DNA of 64,000 bases from NCBI GenBank assembly GCA_965223415.1, contig OZ245002.1, positions 1,792,001 to 1,856,000 of the forward strand. The letters run 5' to 3'. The notes beneath the pieces are model-generated. The model saw only the letters and a program-made list of their open reading frames with translations. It was not told the origin of the DNA and searched no databases. Position numbers and translations under genes: made by a program. This DNA comes from Myxococcota bacterium (GTDB taxonomy: Bacteria; Myxococcota_A; UBA9160; UBA6930). Shown piece by piece: positions 18,975 to 28,493 of this stretch (position 1 is the stretch's first letter; each line of letters starts with the position of its first letter).

Positions 18975-20176
18975 GCTTGCGAGGCGTCGCGGCCGTGGTC
19001 GGACTCGCCGAGCGGGCGCCGCGGCGCTACACGGCGGAGGAGACGAACCTCGACCTGCTGAGCGGCGTCGCGGTCGACGCCCTGGCCGACGCGGGAATCG
19101 ATCGATCCGCCGTGGATGGCCTGCTGGTCCACCCGATCGGCGGGCTGCCCGGGTTCGTGCCGGCGACAGTGGCCGAGTTCGTGGGACTGCGGCCGAGCTT
19201 CGCGGAGGTCGTCGATCTGGGCGGGGCCACCGGCGCCGGCATGGTGTGGCGCGCGGCGGCCGCGATCGGCGCCGGCCTCTGCCACACCTGCCTGTGCCTG
19301 ACGGGAACCCGCCGGCGTCACCGGACCGCGGCATCGGCGAAGGGCGGCCGCGTGGTGAACCGGACGCCCCGCTCCTTCCCCCCGACACGGGACCGCTCGC
19401 CCCAGGCGGAGTTCGACGCGCCCTACGGGTTGATCGGCGCGAACGTCGGCTACGCGCTCCTCGCCACCCGCTACGCCCACGAGTACCGGCTCGACGAGGC
19501 CCAGCGCGCGAAGGTGGCCGTCGACCAGCGTCGCAACGCGCACGCGAACCCGGCGGCGATCTTCCACGACCAGCCTCTCACGGTCGACGACGTGCTCTCG
19601 TCCGAGGTGATCTGCGAGCCGCTCCGCATGCTCGAGATCGTCATGCCCGCCGCCGGCGCCGCAGCACTGGTGGTGACGGCGGCCGATCGCGTCGTCGATG
19701 CGGCCCAGCGGCCCGCCTGGCTGCTCGGCGCCGGCGAGGCGGTCACGCACTCGTCGCTGGCCCAGGCGCCGGACCTCGGCGAGACCGGAATCGGGGTCGC
19801 GGCGCACGCGGCCTTCGCCTCGGCCGGGGTGGATCCCTCGCAGGTCGGCCTCGCGTCCCTCTACGACTGCTACACGATCATGGTCCTGCTCACGCTCGAG
19901 GAGGCCGGCTTCTGCAAGCCCGGTGAAGCCGGTGCCTTCGTCGCGTCGCACGACCTCACCTGGGCGGGGGACTTTCCGCTCAACACCCACGGCGGCCAGC
20001 TCTCGTTCGGGCAGCCCGGCATGGCCGGCGGCATGAGTCACGTGACGGAGGCGGTCCGCCAGGTCCAGGGGCGCGGCGGCGCGCGCCAGGTGCGAGGCCT
20101 CGAGCTCGCCTACGCCCACGGCAACGGCGGCATCATCGCCGAGCAGGTCGGGCTCGTCTTCGGAGCCGATCGATGA
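18971..20176 (+). CDS. Thiolase-like protein lacking the nucleophilic Cys (possible Ltp2-type aldolase)
   Basis: DLGGAT at the Cys position, LYDCYT, LNTHGGQLS; paired with DUF35. Confidence 0.8.
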   Translation: MSLRGVAAVVGLAERAPRRYTAEETNLDLLSGVAVDALADAGIDRSAVDGLLVHPIGGLPGFVPATVAEFVGLRPSFAEVVDLGGATGAGMVWRAAAAIGAGLCHTCLCLTGTRRRHRTAASAKGGRVVNRTPRSFPPTRDRSPQAEFDAPYGLIGANVGYALLATRYAHEYRLDEAQRAKVAVDQRRNAHANPAAIFHDQPLTVDDVLSSEVICEPLRMLEIVMPAAGAAALVVTAADRVVDAAQRPAWLLGAGEAVTHSSLAQAPDLGETGIGVAAHAAFASAGVDPSQVGLASLYDCYTIMVLLTLEEAGFCKPGEAGAFVASHDLTWAGDFPLNTHGGQLSFGQPGMAGGMSHVTEAVRQVQGRGGARQVRGLELAYAHGNGGIIAEQVGLVFGADR

Positions 20177-20604
20177 GCGCACGCCCGATCCCGCCCACCT
20201 CGGAGCTGACCGCGCCCTACTGGGACGCGGCGCGGCGCGGCGAGCTCGCCCTGCAGCGTTGCGGGAGCTGCGGGCGCCGGCCGTTCCCGCCCCGGGCCCA
20301 TTGCCCGGATTGCGGCGCTGCGTCCCTCTCCTGGGCGCCGGTCTCCGGGCGGGGCACGGTCCGCAGTTTCACCGTCGCTCACCGCGCTCCGCACCCGGTC
20401 TTCGCAGAGCAGCTCCCGCTCGTCGTCGCGATCGTCGAGCTGGAGGAGGGCCCGCGCATGGTCACGAACCTGGTCGGCTGCGACCCCGGCCAGCTCGAGG
20501 TCGGAATGGCTGTCGAGGCGCGCTTCGAGCCGATCGACGACACCGACATGGTGCTACCCGTCTTCACACCCACCCGCGGCGACCGGTCCCACGGCGCCGC
20601 CTGA
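20173..20604 (+). CDS. DUF35 Zn-ribbon/OB-fold protein
   Basis: QRCGSCG...CPDC, SGRGTVRSFT, VELEEGPRM. Confidence 0.92.
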   Translation: MSARPIPPTSELTAPYWDAARRGELALQRCGSCGRRPFPPRAHCPDCGAASLSWAPVSGRGTVRSFTVAHRAPHPVFAEQLPLVVAIVELEEGPRMVTNLVGCDPGQLEVGMAVEARFEPIDDTDMVLPVFTPTRGDRSHGAA

Positions 20605-20624
20605 TCACGAGTGGAGGAACCGAG

Positions 20625-21812
20625 ATGCCTTCTGTCGAGACGACACTGGCCAAGCGAACCGAGACCCCGGGTACCGAGGGTTGGCCGCGCACGGCGCGGG
20701 CTGGCGCCCCGAACAAGTACTTCATCGTCTCGGCCGACTGCCACGCGAACGAGCCCCGGAGCTGGGTGAAGTCGCGCATCGATCCGGCCTACCTGGATCG
20801 CCTGCCGCGGCTCGAGGTGCGCAACGGCGAGTCCTTCATCATCACCGACGGCAACCGCCCCTGGAAGATCCGCACCAGTCAGACCGACTGGGGCGACGAG
20901 GACATCCTGCGCAACAAGACGGGCTTCACGCCCGAGGAGCGCATCGCCGACCAGGACCGGGACGGCGTGGACGTGGAGATCGTCTTCCCCAACAAGGGGA
21001 TGCACAGCTTCGGCACGAAGGACCCCGGCTTCGCGATGGCGATGTGCCGCGCCTGGAACGACTGGGCGCACGAGGACTACGGGCCCCACGACCGCATCCT
21101 GCCGATGGCGATGATCCCGACCCTCGACGTCGACGCCGCGATCTCCGAGATCGAGCGCGTCGCCGAGATGGGGTTCCGCGGAATCACGATCCCGTGCAAG
21201 CCCGAGTACGGGCCGACCGGAATGGACCACCGCAACTACAACCAGCCCGAGTTCGAGCCCCTCTGGTCGGCGATCGAGGACGTGGACCTTCCCCTGACCA
21301 TCCACGTCTCCACCGGACGCGACCCGCGCGCGGCCTCCGGCCCCGGTGGCGCGGTCATCAACTACGCCGTGCACTGCTGCGCGGCCAGCCAGGAGCCGGT
21401 GGCGAACCTGTGCGCCTCGGGGGTCCTGGAGCGCCACCCGAAGCTTCGCTTCGCCACCATCGAAGCGGGCATCGGCTGGGTGCCGTGGCTGCTCGAGGCG
21501 ATGGACGAGGCGTTCTACAAGCACCGCATGTGGGTATCGCCGGATCTCAAGGAGCCGCCCAGCTTCTACTACCGTCGCCAGGGCTACTCGTCGTTCGGAG
21601 AGGAACGGTCGGGCCTCGCCCTCGCAGTGGAGCACGACCTGGTCGACAACTTCATGTGGGCCAACGACTACCCGCACCACGAGGGCACCTGGCCCCACTC
21701 CGCCTCGGCGATCGAGCGCACCATGGGCGACCTCGACGACGACCAGCGTGGCAGGATCCTGGGCGGCAACGCTGCTCGCTTCTTCGGCATCGAGCAGCCG
21801 GCCGCGGGGTGA
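20625..21812 (+). CDS. Amidohydrolase-2 family protein
   Basis: SADCH, WNDW, EAGIGW, WANDYPHHEGTWP. Confidence 0.9.
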   Translation: MPSVETTLAKRTETPGTEGWPRTARAGAPNKYFIVSADCHANEPRSWVKSRIDPAYLDRLPRLEVRNGESFIITDGNRPWKIRTSQTDWGDEDILRNKTGFTPEERIADQDRDGVDVEIVFPNKGMHSFGTKDPGFAMAMCRAWNDWAHEDYGPHDRILPMAMIPTLDVDAAISEIERVAEMGFRGITIPCKPEYGPTGMDHRNYNQPEFEPLWSAIEDVDLPLTIHVSTGRDPRAASGPGGAVINYAVHCCAASQEPVANLCASGVLERHPKLRFATIEAGIGWVPWLLEAMDEAFYKHRMWVSPDLKEPPSFYYRRQGYSSFGEERSGLALAVEHDLVDNFMWANDYPHHEGTWPHSASAIERTMGDLDDDQRGRILGGNAARFFGIEQPAAG

Positions 21813-21924
21813 GCCGACGGCCATCACCCGGAGGAGATCGAGGTCGGCCCACGGGATCCGACCGGTTTCGCGCCGCTGGGGACCCGGTGATGTACCCTCC
21901 GGTCCCCTGCACGGAGGACACGCC

Positions 21925-22173
21925 ATGGGCTTCCTGTCATGGATCCTGCTCGGCCTCGTGGTCGGCGCCCTTGCCAAGTGGATCATGCCCGGCCCCGATC
22001 CGGGCGGGATCGTCGTCACGATCCTGATCGGCATCGCCGGCGCCTTCGTCGGCGGATACGTTGGGACGATGCTCGGCCTGGGCACGGTCACGGGCTTCAA
22101 CCTGGGCAGCCTGGCGCTCGCCACCGGCGGGGCCCTCCTGCTGCTCTTCGGCTACCGCAAGATCAAGGGCTGA
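21925..22173 (+). CDS. GlsB/YeaQ/YmgE (transglycosylase-associated) membrane protein
   Basis: MGFLSWILLGLVVGALAKWIMPG; GGAGG RBS. Confidence 0.9.
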   Translation: MGFLSWILLGLVVGALAKWIMPGPDPGGIVVTILIGIAGAFVGGYVGTMLGLGTVTGFNLGSLALATGGALLLLFGYRKIKG

Positions 22174-22176
22174 CTG

Positions 22177-22390
22177 CGCTCGGCCCGATCGCCCAGCTCG
22201 CCTGGTGGGTCGAGGAGCTCGAGCCGGCCGCGCTGGGATTCGCCGAGACGATCGTGGACGCGCGGGAGCCGCTCGGCCACACCCTCGAGATCTACCAGGG
22301 CGACCCGGCGCTCCGGGCCTTCCTCGCCCTGGTCGAACGGGCCGCGGTGGGCTGGGAGGCGGGAGCCGACCGCTGCGGAAACTCGGCTAG
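22177..22390 (+). pseudogene. Probable internally deleted VOC/glyoxalase gene remnant
   Basis: Frame reads GPIAQLAWWVEELEPAA..FAET then VDAREPLGHTLEIYQ..LRAF...AAVGW, resembling VOC N- and C-ends; no start codon. Confidence 0.45.
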
Positions 22391-22565
22391 GCGTGACGTA
22401 GAATCGTCCCGTCGCCACCACCCGACTCGGGTGGACGCGGGGGGCCGGCCCCGACGAACGTCCCAGGCGATTCGCATGGAAAAGGACCTCAAGCGCCGCG
22501 ACCTGGCCTGACGAGGGGGAAGAACCGCTGGGCCTCCCCGGCATCCACTCCTCGGAGGGGCTCCC

Positions 22566-24212
22566 ATGAAGGCATCCGACCTACTCGTCCGCTGTCTCGA
22601 GGCCGAAGGCGTGTGCCGCATCTTCGGCGTCCCCGGTGAAGAGAACGCGGACTTCATGATGTCCCTCGAGGACTCGCCGATCGAGTTCGTGCTCTGCCGG
22701 CACGAGCAGAGTGCGGCGTTCATGGCCGACGTGCACGGGCGCCTCACCGGCGAGGCCGGCGTCTGCCTCGGCACCCTCGGGCCCGGCGCATCGAACCTGG
22801 TGACCGGCGTGGCCGACGGAAACATGGACCGCGCGCCGATGATCGCGCTCACGGGCCAAGCGGCCCTGAGCCGCCGCCACAAGGAGAGCCACCAGAACAT
22901 GGACGTGGTCGGCATGTTCGAGCCGATCACGAAGTGGGCCTGGAGCCTGAAGGACGAAGAGGCGATCCCCGAGGTCGTTCGCAAGGCCTTCAAGCTCGCC
23001 ACCACGGAGAAGCCCGGCGCCTGCCACATCGAGCTTCCCGAGGACCTGGCCAAGCGCGACGCCGCCGTGGAGCCGATCCTTCCCCAGCGGGTGCGACGGG
23101 CGGTGCCCGACGACAAGATCGTCGACCGGGCCTGCGAGGTGATTCGCAGCGCGAAGTGCCCGATCATCCTGGCGGGCAACGGAACGATCCGGCGCCGCGC
23201 CTCGAAGCAGCTGCGCGAGCTGGTCGCCCAGACCGGCATCGGCGTGCTCTCCACCTTCATGGCGAAAGGCTGTGTCGATCGGAACGACCCCCAGTGCCTC
23301 TTCACCGTCGGCCTCTCGGCGAAGGACTACGGCGCCCACTCGATCGAGGAGGCGGACGTGGTGATCTGCCTCGGCTTCGACATGGTCGAATACCACCCGA
23401 AGCTCTGGAATCCGGGGGCGGAGCGGAAGATCGTCCACGTCGACTTCCTGCCCGCGGAGGTGGACCACCACTACCCCGTCGAAGTCGAGGTGGTCGGCGA
23501 CCTCGCCCACACCCTGTGGATGCTGAACGAGCGCTTCCGCGAGAACGGCGTGCACTGGGACCTGCCGAGCCAGCTCGAAGTGCGCGAGCGCATGCTGGAG
23601 GACTTCCAAGCCCACGCCGACGACGACACCGTGGGCACGATACGCCCGCAGAAGGCGCTCTGGGACGTTCGCGAGGCCATGGGCCCGGCGGACATCCTGC
23701 TCTCGGACGTCGGTGCCCACAAGATGTGGATCGCGCGTTACTACCAGTGCGAGGAGCCGAACACCTGCCTCATCTCGAACGGCTTCTGCTCGATGGGCTT
23801 CGCCCTGCCCGGCGCCATCGGGGCGAAGCTGGTCCACCCGGACCGGCGCGTGCTCGCGATCTGCGGCGACGCGGGCTTCCTGATGAACGTCCACGAGATG
23901 GAGACCGCCACCCGCCTGGGCACGAAGATCGTGTGCATGGTGTGGGAGGATCACGAGTACGGGCTGATCGCCTGGAAGCAGCAGAACGAGTTCGGCAAGC
24001 ACACGGATCTCTCCTTCGGCAACCCGGACTTCCTGAAGCTCGCCGACGCCTTCGGCTGGGCCGGCTATCGCTGCGAGGACGCACGGGCCCTGCGCAGTAC
24101 CCTCGACGAGGCCTTCGCTCAGGACCGCCCGGCGCTGGTGGTCGTCCCCATCGACTACCGTGAGAACGCGCTCCTGACCGAGCGCCTGGGTCAGATCGAC
24201 CTGACGCTCTAG
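22566..24212 (+). CDS. Acetolactate synthase large-subunit-like ThDP enzyme
   Basis: FGVPGEEN, RHEQSAAFMA, SMGFALPGAIG, GDAGFLMN. Confidence 0.92.
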   Translation: MKASDLLVRCLEAEGVCRIFGVPGEENADFMMSLEDSPIEFVLCRHEQSAAFMADVHGRLTGEAGVCLGTLGPGASNLVTGVADGNMDRAPMIALTGQAALSRRHKESHQNMDVVGMFEPITKWAWSLKDEEAIPEVVRKAFKLATTEKPGACHIELPEDLAKRDAAVEPILPQRVRRAVPDDKIVDRACEVIRSAKCPIILAGNGTIRRRASKQLRELVAQTGIGVLSTFMAKGCVDRNDPQCLFTVGLSAKDYGAHSIEEADVVICLGFDMVEYHPKLWNPGAERKIVHVDFLPAEVDHHYPVEVEVVGDLAHTLWMLNERFRENGVHWDLPSQLEVRERMLEDFQAHADDDTVGTIRPQKALWDVREAMGPADILLSDVGAHKMWIARYYQCEEPNTCLISNGFCSMGFALPGAIGAKLVHPDRRVLAICGDAGFLMNVHEMETATRLGTKIVCMVWEDHEYGLIAWKQQNEFGKHTDLSFGNPDFLKLADAFGWAGYRCEDARALRSTLDEAFAQDRPALVVVPIDYRENALLTERLGQIDLTL

Positions 24213-24222
24213 CGAGGAGCCC

Positions 24223-25659
24223 ATGCTGCGAGAGAGCTACCCGTGCTACCTGGCCGGTGAGGCGGTCACCCCGAACCTCGACCTGGAGGTCGTCGACAAG
24301 TGGAGCGGTGAGGTGGCGACCCGCGTGCCGCTGGTCGGCGAGGCGGAGATCGACCGGGCCATCGCCGCGGCCTCCGCAGCGGAGACGGCGATGGCGCGCA
24401 TGCCCGCCTACGCCCGCCAGGCGGTGCTCCAGCACTGCGTCACGCGCTTCCAGGAGCGCGCCGAGGAGCTCGCCCTCGCCCTGTGCATCGAGGCGGGCAA
24501 GCCGATCCGGGACAGCCGCGGGGAGGTGACCCGACTCATCGACACCTTCCGCATCGCCGCCGAGGAGAGCGTGCGCATCGGCGGCGAGGTGATGCCGCTC
24601 GACATCAGCCCGCGGGCCGAGGGCTACCGGGGCCAGTGGAAGCGCGTGCCGATCGGCGCCTGCTCGTTCATCTCGCCATTCAACTTCCCGCTGAACCTGG
24701 CCGCTCACAAGGTGGCGCCGGCCCTCGCCGTGGGCTGCCCCTTCGTGCTCAAGCCCGCCAGCCTGACGCCGATCGGCGCGATCGTGATCGGCGAGGTGCT
24801 GGCGGAGACGGATCTCCCGCCCGGCGCCTTCTCGATCCTGCCCTGCCGCCGCGAGGGTGCCGAGCTGTTCACCACGGATCCGCGCTTGAAGCTCCTCTCC
24901 TTCACGGGCTCGCCGGCGGTGGGCTGGGACCTGAAGGCGCGGGCGGGCAAGAAGCAGGTCGTTCTCGAGCTGGGCGGCAACGCGGCCGTCGTCATCGATG
25001 CGGATACGGACCTCGAGGACGCGGTGGAGCGGGTCGTCTTCGGCGCCTTCTACCAGAGCGGCCAGTCGTGCATCGGCGTCCAGCGGATCTTCGTGCACGA
25101 GGGCGTCTACGACGATTTCAAGACGCGCCTCGTCGCGCGCACCCAGGCGTTGCACTCCGGAGACCCGAAGGACGAGGACACCTTCGTCGGCCCGATGATC
25201 TCGGAGAAGGAGGCGCAGCGGCTCCACGGCTGGATCGAGTCCGCCGTCGGCCACGGCGCCAGGCTGCTTTGCGGCGGCACGCGGGAGGGCGCGCTGTTGG
25301 AGGCGACCCTGCTCGAGAACGTGCCGAAGGGCGACGACGTGGAGTACCAGGAGGCCTTCGGCCCGGTGGCGATCCTCTCCTCCTTCTCGAGCTTCGACGC
25401 TGCCCTGGCGGAGGTGAACAACTCCGCCTTCGGCCTCCAGGCCGGGCTCTTCACCCGCGACGTCTACAAGATCGAGAAGGCCTGGGACACGCTGGAGGTG
25501 GGCGGGGTCGTGGTGGGAGACGTGCCCTCCTGGCGGGTGGACCACATGCCCTACGGCGGGGTGAAGGACAGCGGGATCGGCCGCGAGGGCATCCGGTTCG
25601 CGATCGAGGACATGACCGAGATCCGACTGCTGGTCCTGCGCACGCCCCCCGGCGGCTGA
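24223..25659 (+). CDS. Aldehyde dehydrogenase
   Basis: PFNFP, SFTGS, LELGGN, GQSCI, EAFGP, PYGGVKDSG. Confidence 0.95.
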   Translation: MLRESYPCYLAGEAVTPNLDLEVVDKWSGEVATRVPLVGEAEIDRAIAAASAAETAMARMPAYARQAVLQHCVTRFQERAEELALALCIEAGKPIRDSRGEVTRLIDTFRIAAEESVRIGGEVMPLDISPRAEGYRGQWKRVPIGACSFISPFNFPLNLAAHKVAPALAVGCPFVLKPASLTPIGAIVIGEVLAETDLPPGAFSILPCRREGAELFTTDPRLKLLSFTGSPAVGWDLKARAGKKQVVLELGGNAAVVIDADTDLEDAVERVVFGAFYQSGQSCIGVQRIFVHEGVYDDFKTRLVARTQALHSGDPKDEDTFVGPMISEKEAQRLHGWIESAVGHGARLLCGGTREGALLEATLLENVPKGDDVEYQEAFGPVAILSSFSSFDAALAEVNNSAFGLQAGLFTRDVYKIEKAWDTLEVGGVVVGDVPSWRVDHMPYGGVKDSGIGREGIRFAIEDMTEIRLLVLRTPPGG

Positions 25660-25760
25660 GGCCTGGCGTTTCCCCGGTGGGGAGCTGGGGCGGTTGCACG
25701 CGGGCGAGGCCAAGCTGCGCGCATTTTCGCTCAGTTTTTCGACATGGGGCATGTCGGGAC

Positions 25761-25791
25761 TTGACACGGCGCGGCACGATCGGACTACACT
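25761..25791 (+). promoter_or_regulatory. Possible sigma-70 promoter for the esterase
   Basis: TTGACA-19 bp-TACACT (spacer longer than optimal). Confidence 0.4.
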
Positions 25792-25802
25792 GACCCGAAG
25801 CC

Positions 25803-27443
25803 GTGGTACAAGCAGTTGCCGAAACGCTCTCCGGCCGTGTCCGGGGGCGGGATCTGGGGGGGGTGCTCTCGTTTCATGGCGTGCCGTTTGCCGCGGCGCC
25901 CCGTGGAGAGCTGCGCTTTCTTCCCCCGAGGGCACCCGAGCCCTGGGCCGGCGTGCGTGACTCCAGCCAGGCCGGCCCCTCGGCGCCACAGTTCTCGATG
26001 CCCGCCTTCTCCTGGATCAACGCGGCGGCGGGCCCGCTGGGCGACGACTGCCTCTCCCTGAACGTCTGGACCCCCGCCACCGACGGCGCCCGCCGCCCGG
26101 TGCTGGTCTGGATCCACGGCGGCGGCTTCCTGGTCGGATCGGGCTCGACGGTGGTCTATGGCGGCGGCGGCCTGGCCGAGCGCGGCGACGTGGTCGTGGT
26201 GACGATCAACTACCGGCTGGGCGTGATGGGCTTCGCTCACCTGGGGCTGCTCGGCCTCGAGGGGTTCGAAGGCGCGACCAACGTCGGCGTGCGGGACCAG
26301 ATCGCGGCCCTCGAGTGGGTTCGCGACAACATCGAGCGCTTCGGCGGCGATCCGGGCAACGTGACGGTCTTCGGCCAGTCGGCCGGCGGGATGAGCGTCG
26401 GCACGCTGCTGGGGGCGCCGCGGGCCCGCACGCTCTTCCATCGCGCCATCTGTCAGAGCGGCGCCGCCGATCACGTGATCGAGCGCAGCGAGGCCGAGGA
26501 CGTCGGCCGGCTCTTCCTTCGCGAGCTGGGCGAGCCCAAGCCCACCCCCGAGAGCCTGGGCCGGATGCCCCTCGACAAGATCCTCGCTGCCCAGCGCGGC
26601 GTGCTCACGCGGGCCTCGAACCTGAGCAACCTGATGGTGCTCCTGCCCGCGGTCGACGGGGACCTGATTCCGCGCCAGCCCCTGGCCGCGCTGCGGGCCG
26701 GTGAGGCAGCGGACATCCCGATCCTCACCGGCGCGACCCTCGACGAGTGGCGGCTGTTCCGAATCATCGATCAGGGGCTCGGGCGCTTCAGCCAGGCCGA
26801 CCTGGTGGAACGCATCCGCGAAGTGCTGCCGAGCCTGCCCCACGCTCCGCGGGCGGACGTGGCGGCCCGGCGCTTCCGCGAGGCCCTGGGCGAGCGCTCG
26901 GCGGCCGACCGGCCGGCGGACGTGTGGAGCGCCTTCCAGAGCGCGCGCATCTTCCATCATCCGTCGAACCGGTTGGCGGAAGCCCAGCACGCCGGCGGCG
27001 GGCAGGCCTACGCCTATCTCTTCACCTGGCGCGCGCCGGCGCTGCGGCGCGCCATCGGCGCCTGCCATGCCATCGAGATCCCCTTCGTGTTCGGCTCGAC
27101 CTCCCACCCGATCGCTCGGCCGTTGACCGGGCTCTCGGCCCGCGCCGGCAAGCTCTCGCGGCGGCTCCAGCACGCCTGGATCGAGTTCGCCCGCCACGGC
27201 GCCCCCGGCCACGAGCGCATCCCCCAGTGGCCGACCTACGAGCCCGATCGCCGCTCCACCCTGATCTTCGGCCGCGATCTCTCCCTCACCGAGCGCCCCC
27301 TCGAAGACGAGCGCGCGCTCCTCGACCGCTGGCTCGGCGAGGGCCCTGCCCGTGGCCGCCCCGGCCGCTACAGCCGCCGCCAGAATCCCACCCAGATGCG
27401 CGCCCAGTCCTGGCTCAGCAACATCGCCCCCGGCGGCGCCTAG
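25803..27443 (+). CDS. Type-B carboxylesterase
   Basis: DCLSLNVW, WIHGGGF, FGQSAGG nucleophile, GACHAIEI. Confidence 0.93.
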   Translation: MVQAVAETLSGRVRGRDLGGVLSFHGVPFAAAPRGELRFLPPRAPEPWAGVRDSSQAGPSAPQFSMPAFSWINAAAGPLGDDCLSLNVWTPATDGARRPVLVWIHGGGFLVGSGSTVVYGGGGLAERGDVVVVTINYRLGVMGFAHLGLLGLEGFEGATNVGVRDQIAALEWVRDNIERFGGDPGNVTVFGQSAGGMSVGTLLGAPRARTLFHRAICQSGAADHVIERSEAEDVGRLFLRELGEPKPTPESLGRMPLDKILAAQRGVLTRASNLSNLMVLLPAVDGDLIPRQPLAALRAGEAADIPILTGATLDEWRLFRIIDQGLGRFSQADLVERIREVLPSLPHAPRADVAARRFREALGERSAADRPADVWSAFQSARIFHHPSNRLAEAQHAGGGQAYAYLFTWRAPALRRAIGACHAIEIPFVFGSTSHPIARPLTGLSARAGKLSRRLQHAWIEFARHGAPGHERIPQWPTYEPDRRSTLIFGRDLSLTERPLEDERALLDRWLGEGPARGRPGRYSRRQNPTQMRAQSWLSNIAPGGA

Positions 27444-27449
27444 CAAGAA

Positions 27450-27519
27450 CGCAAGAGCGGGGACGTTCCTTGCAACTTGCGAAATCTCGCAAGTTGCAAG
27501 GAACGTCCCCGCTCTTGCG
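27450..27519. repeat. Perfect palindrome (33-bp arms, 4-nt loop) sharing the GGGGACGTTCCT core with the REP-like element
   Basis: CGCAAGAGCGGGGACGTTCCTTGCAACTTGCGA-aatc-reverse complement, between convergent genes. Confidence 0.88.
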
Positions 27520-27523
27520 CTTT

Positions 27524-28462
27524 TCAGGGCTCGAGGACGACTTTGATGGCGCCGGCGGCTCGGTTGGCGGCGGTGGCGAAGGCTTCGGGAGCCGCGTCGA
27601 GGGGGAAGCGGTGGGTGATGAGGAGCTCGGGCACCTCCGGATGGCGGGCGAGGAGCGCGGCGGCGACGTCGATGTCACGGGTGGCGCCCTGGGCGCTGTA
27701 GAGCGAGGCCGGGACGATCCGGAGCTCCCTCAGACAGACCGGGAAGGCGGGGAAGCTGAGGCGACCTTCCCAGTAGGAGGCGACCAGACACAGGGTTCCG
27801 CCGGGCCGGCAGGCGTCGGCGGCGGTGTCGAGGGCGCTCTCGGTGCCCGCGGCGTCGACGACGATGTCGTAGGTTCCGTCGGGCTCGCCGCAGCCGAGTC
27901 GGTTCGCGACCTCGCGCTGGTGATCGTGTCGGGCCACGACGTCCACGCTGGCACCGCCGGCACGGGCACCGAAAGCCGTGAGCAGGCCGATCGGTCCGGC
28001 ACCCACCACGAGCACGCGCTGACCGCCGGTCTGTCCTGCAATGCGCAGCCCGTGCAACCCGACGGCCAGGGGCTCTGCCAGGCTCGCATCCGCCGGCGCG
28101 AGCCCCCTCGCCAGCGGCACGACCGCCCGCTCTGGGACGAGCATCTCGTCGGCCATGCCCCCCTCGCGCACGACGCCGTGGATGATGGCCGGCCCCTGCA
28201 GGCACAGGTTGTAGTCGCCGCCCTTGCAGGGCTCACAGTCCATGCAAGGTGAGAGCGGCTCGACCGCCACCGGCGTCCCGTCCCCCGTCACGCCGGCCAC
28301 CTCGTGCCCGAGGGTCCCGCTCGGTCCCATGCCTCCGGCGATCATGTGCAGGTCCGAGCCGCAGATGCTCGCGGCGCGCACCTGCACCCGCACACCGTCG
28401 CCCCGAGGCGCCTCCACGTCGAGGACCTCGATTCCCTTCTCGCCACAACGTACGGCCCGCAT
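27524..28462 (-). CDS. Zn-dependent alcohol dehydrogenase (MDR)
   Basis: ICGSDLH, GHE, CMDCEPC..C, GAGPIG. Confidence 0.92.
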   Translation of the reverse strand: MRAVRCGEKGIEVLDVEAPRGDGVRVQVRAASICGSDLHMIAGGMGPSGTLGHEVAGVTGDGTPVAVEPLSPCMDCEPCKGGDYNLCLQGPAIIHGVVREGGMADEMLVPERAVVPLARGLAPADASLAEPLAVGLHGLRIAGQTGGQRVLVVGAGPIGLLTAFGARAGGASVDVVARHDHQREVANRLGCGEPDGTYDIVVDAAGTESALDTAADACRPGGTLCLVASYWEGRLSFPAFPVCLRELRIVPASLYSAQGATRDIDVAAALLARHPEVPELLITHRFPLDAAPEAFATAANRAAGAIKVVLEP

Positions 28463-28493
28463 GGATGCGCCTCCCTGACCTACCCTAGCCCCC

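Noticed and set aside
22566..24212. Calling the ThDP enzyme biosynthetic ilvB
   Set aside because: No ilvN/ilvC; paired with an aldehyde dehydrogenase, so function left open
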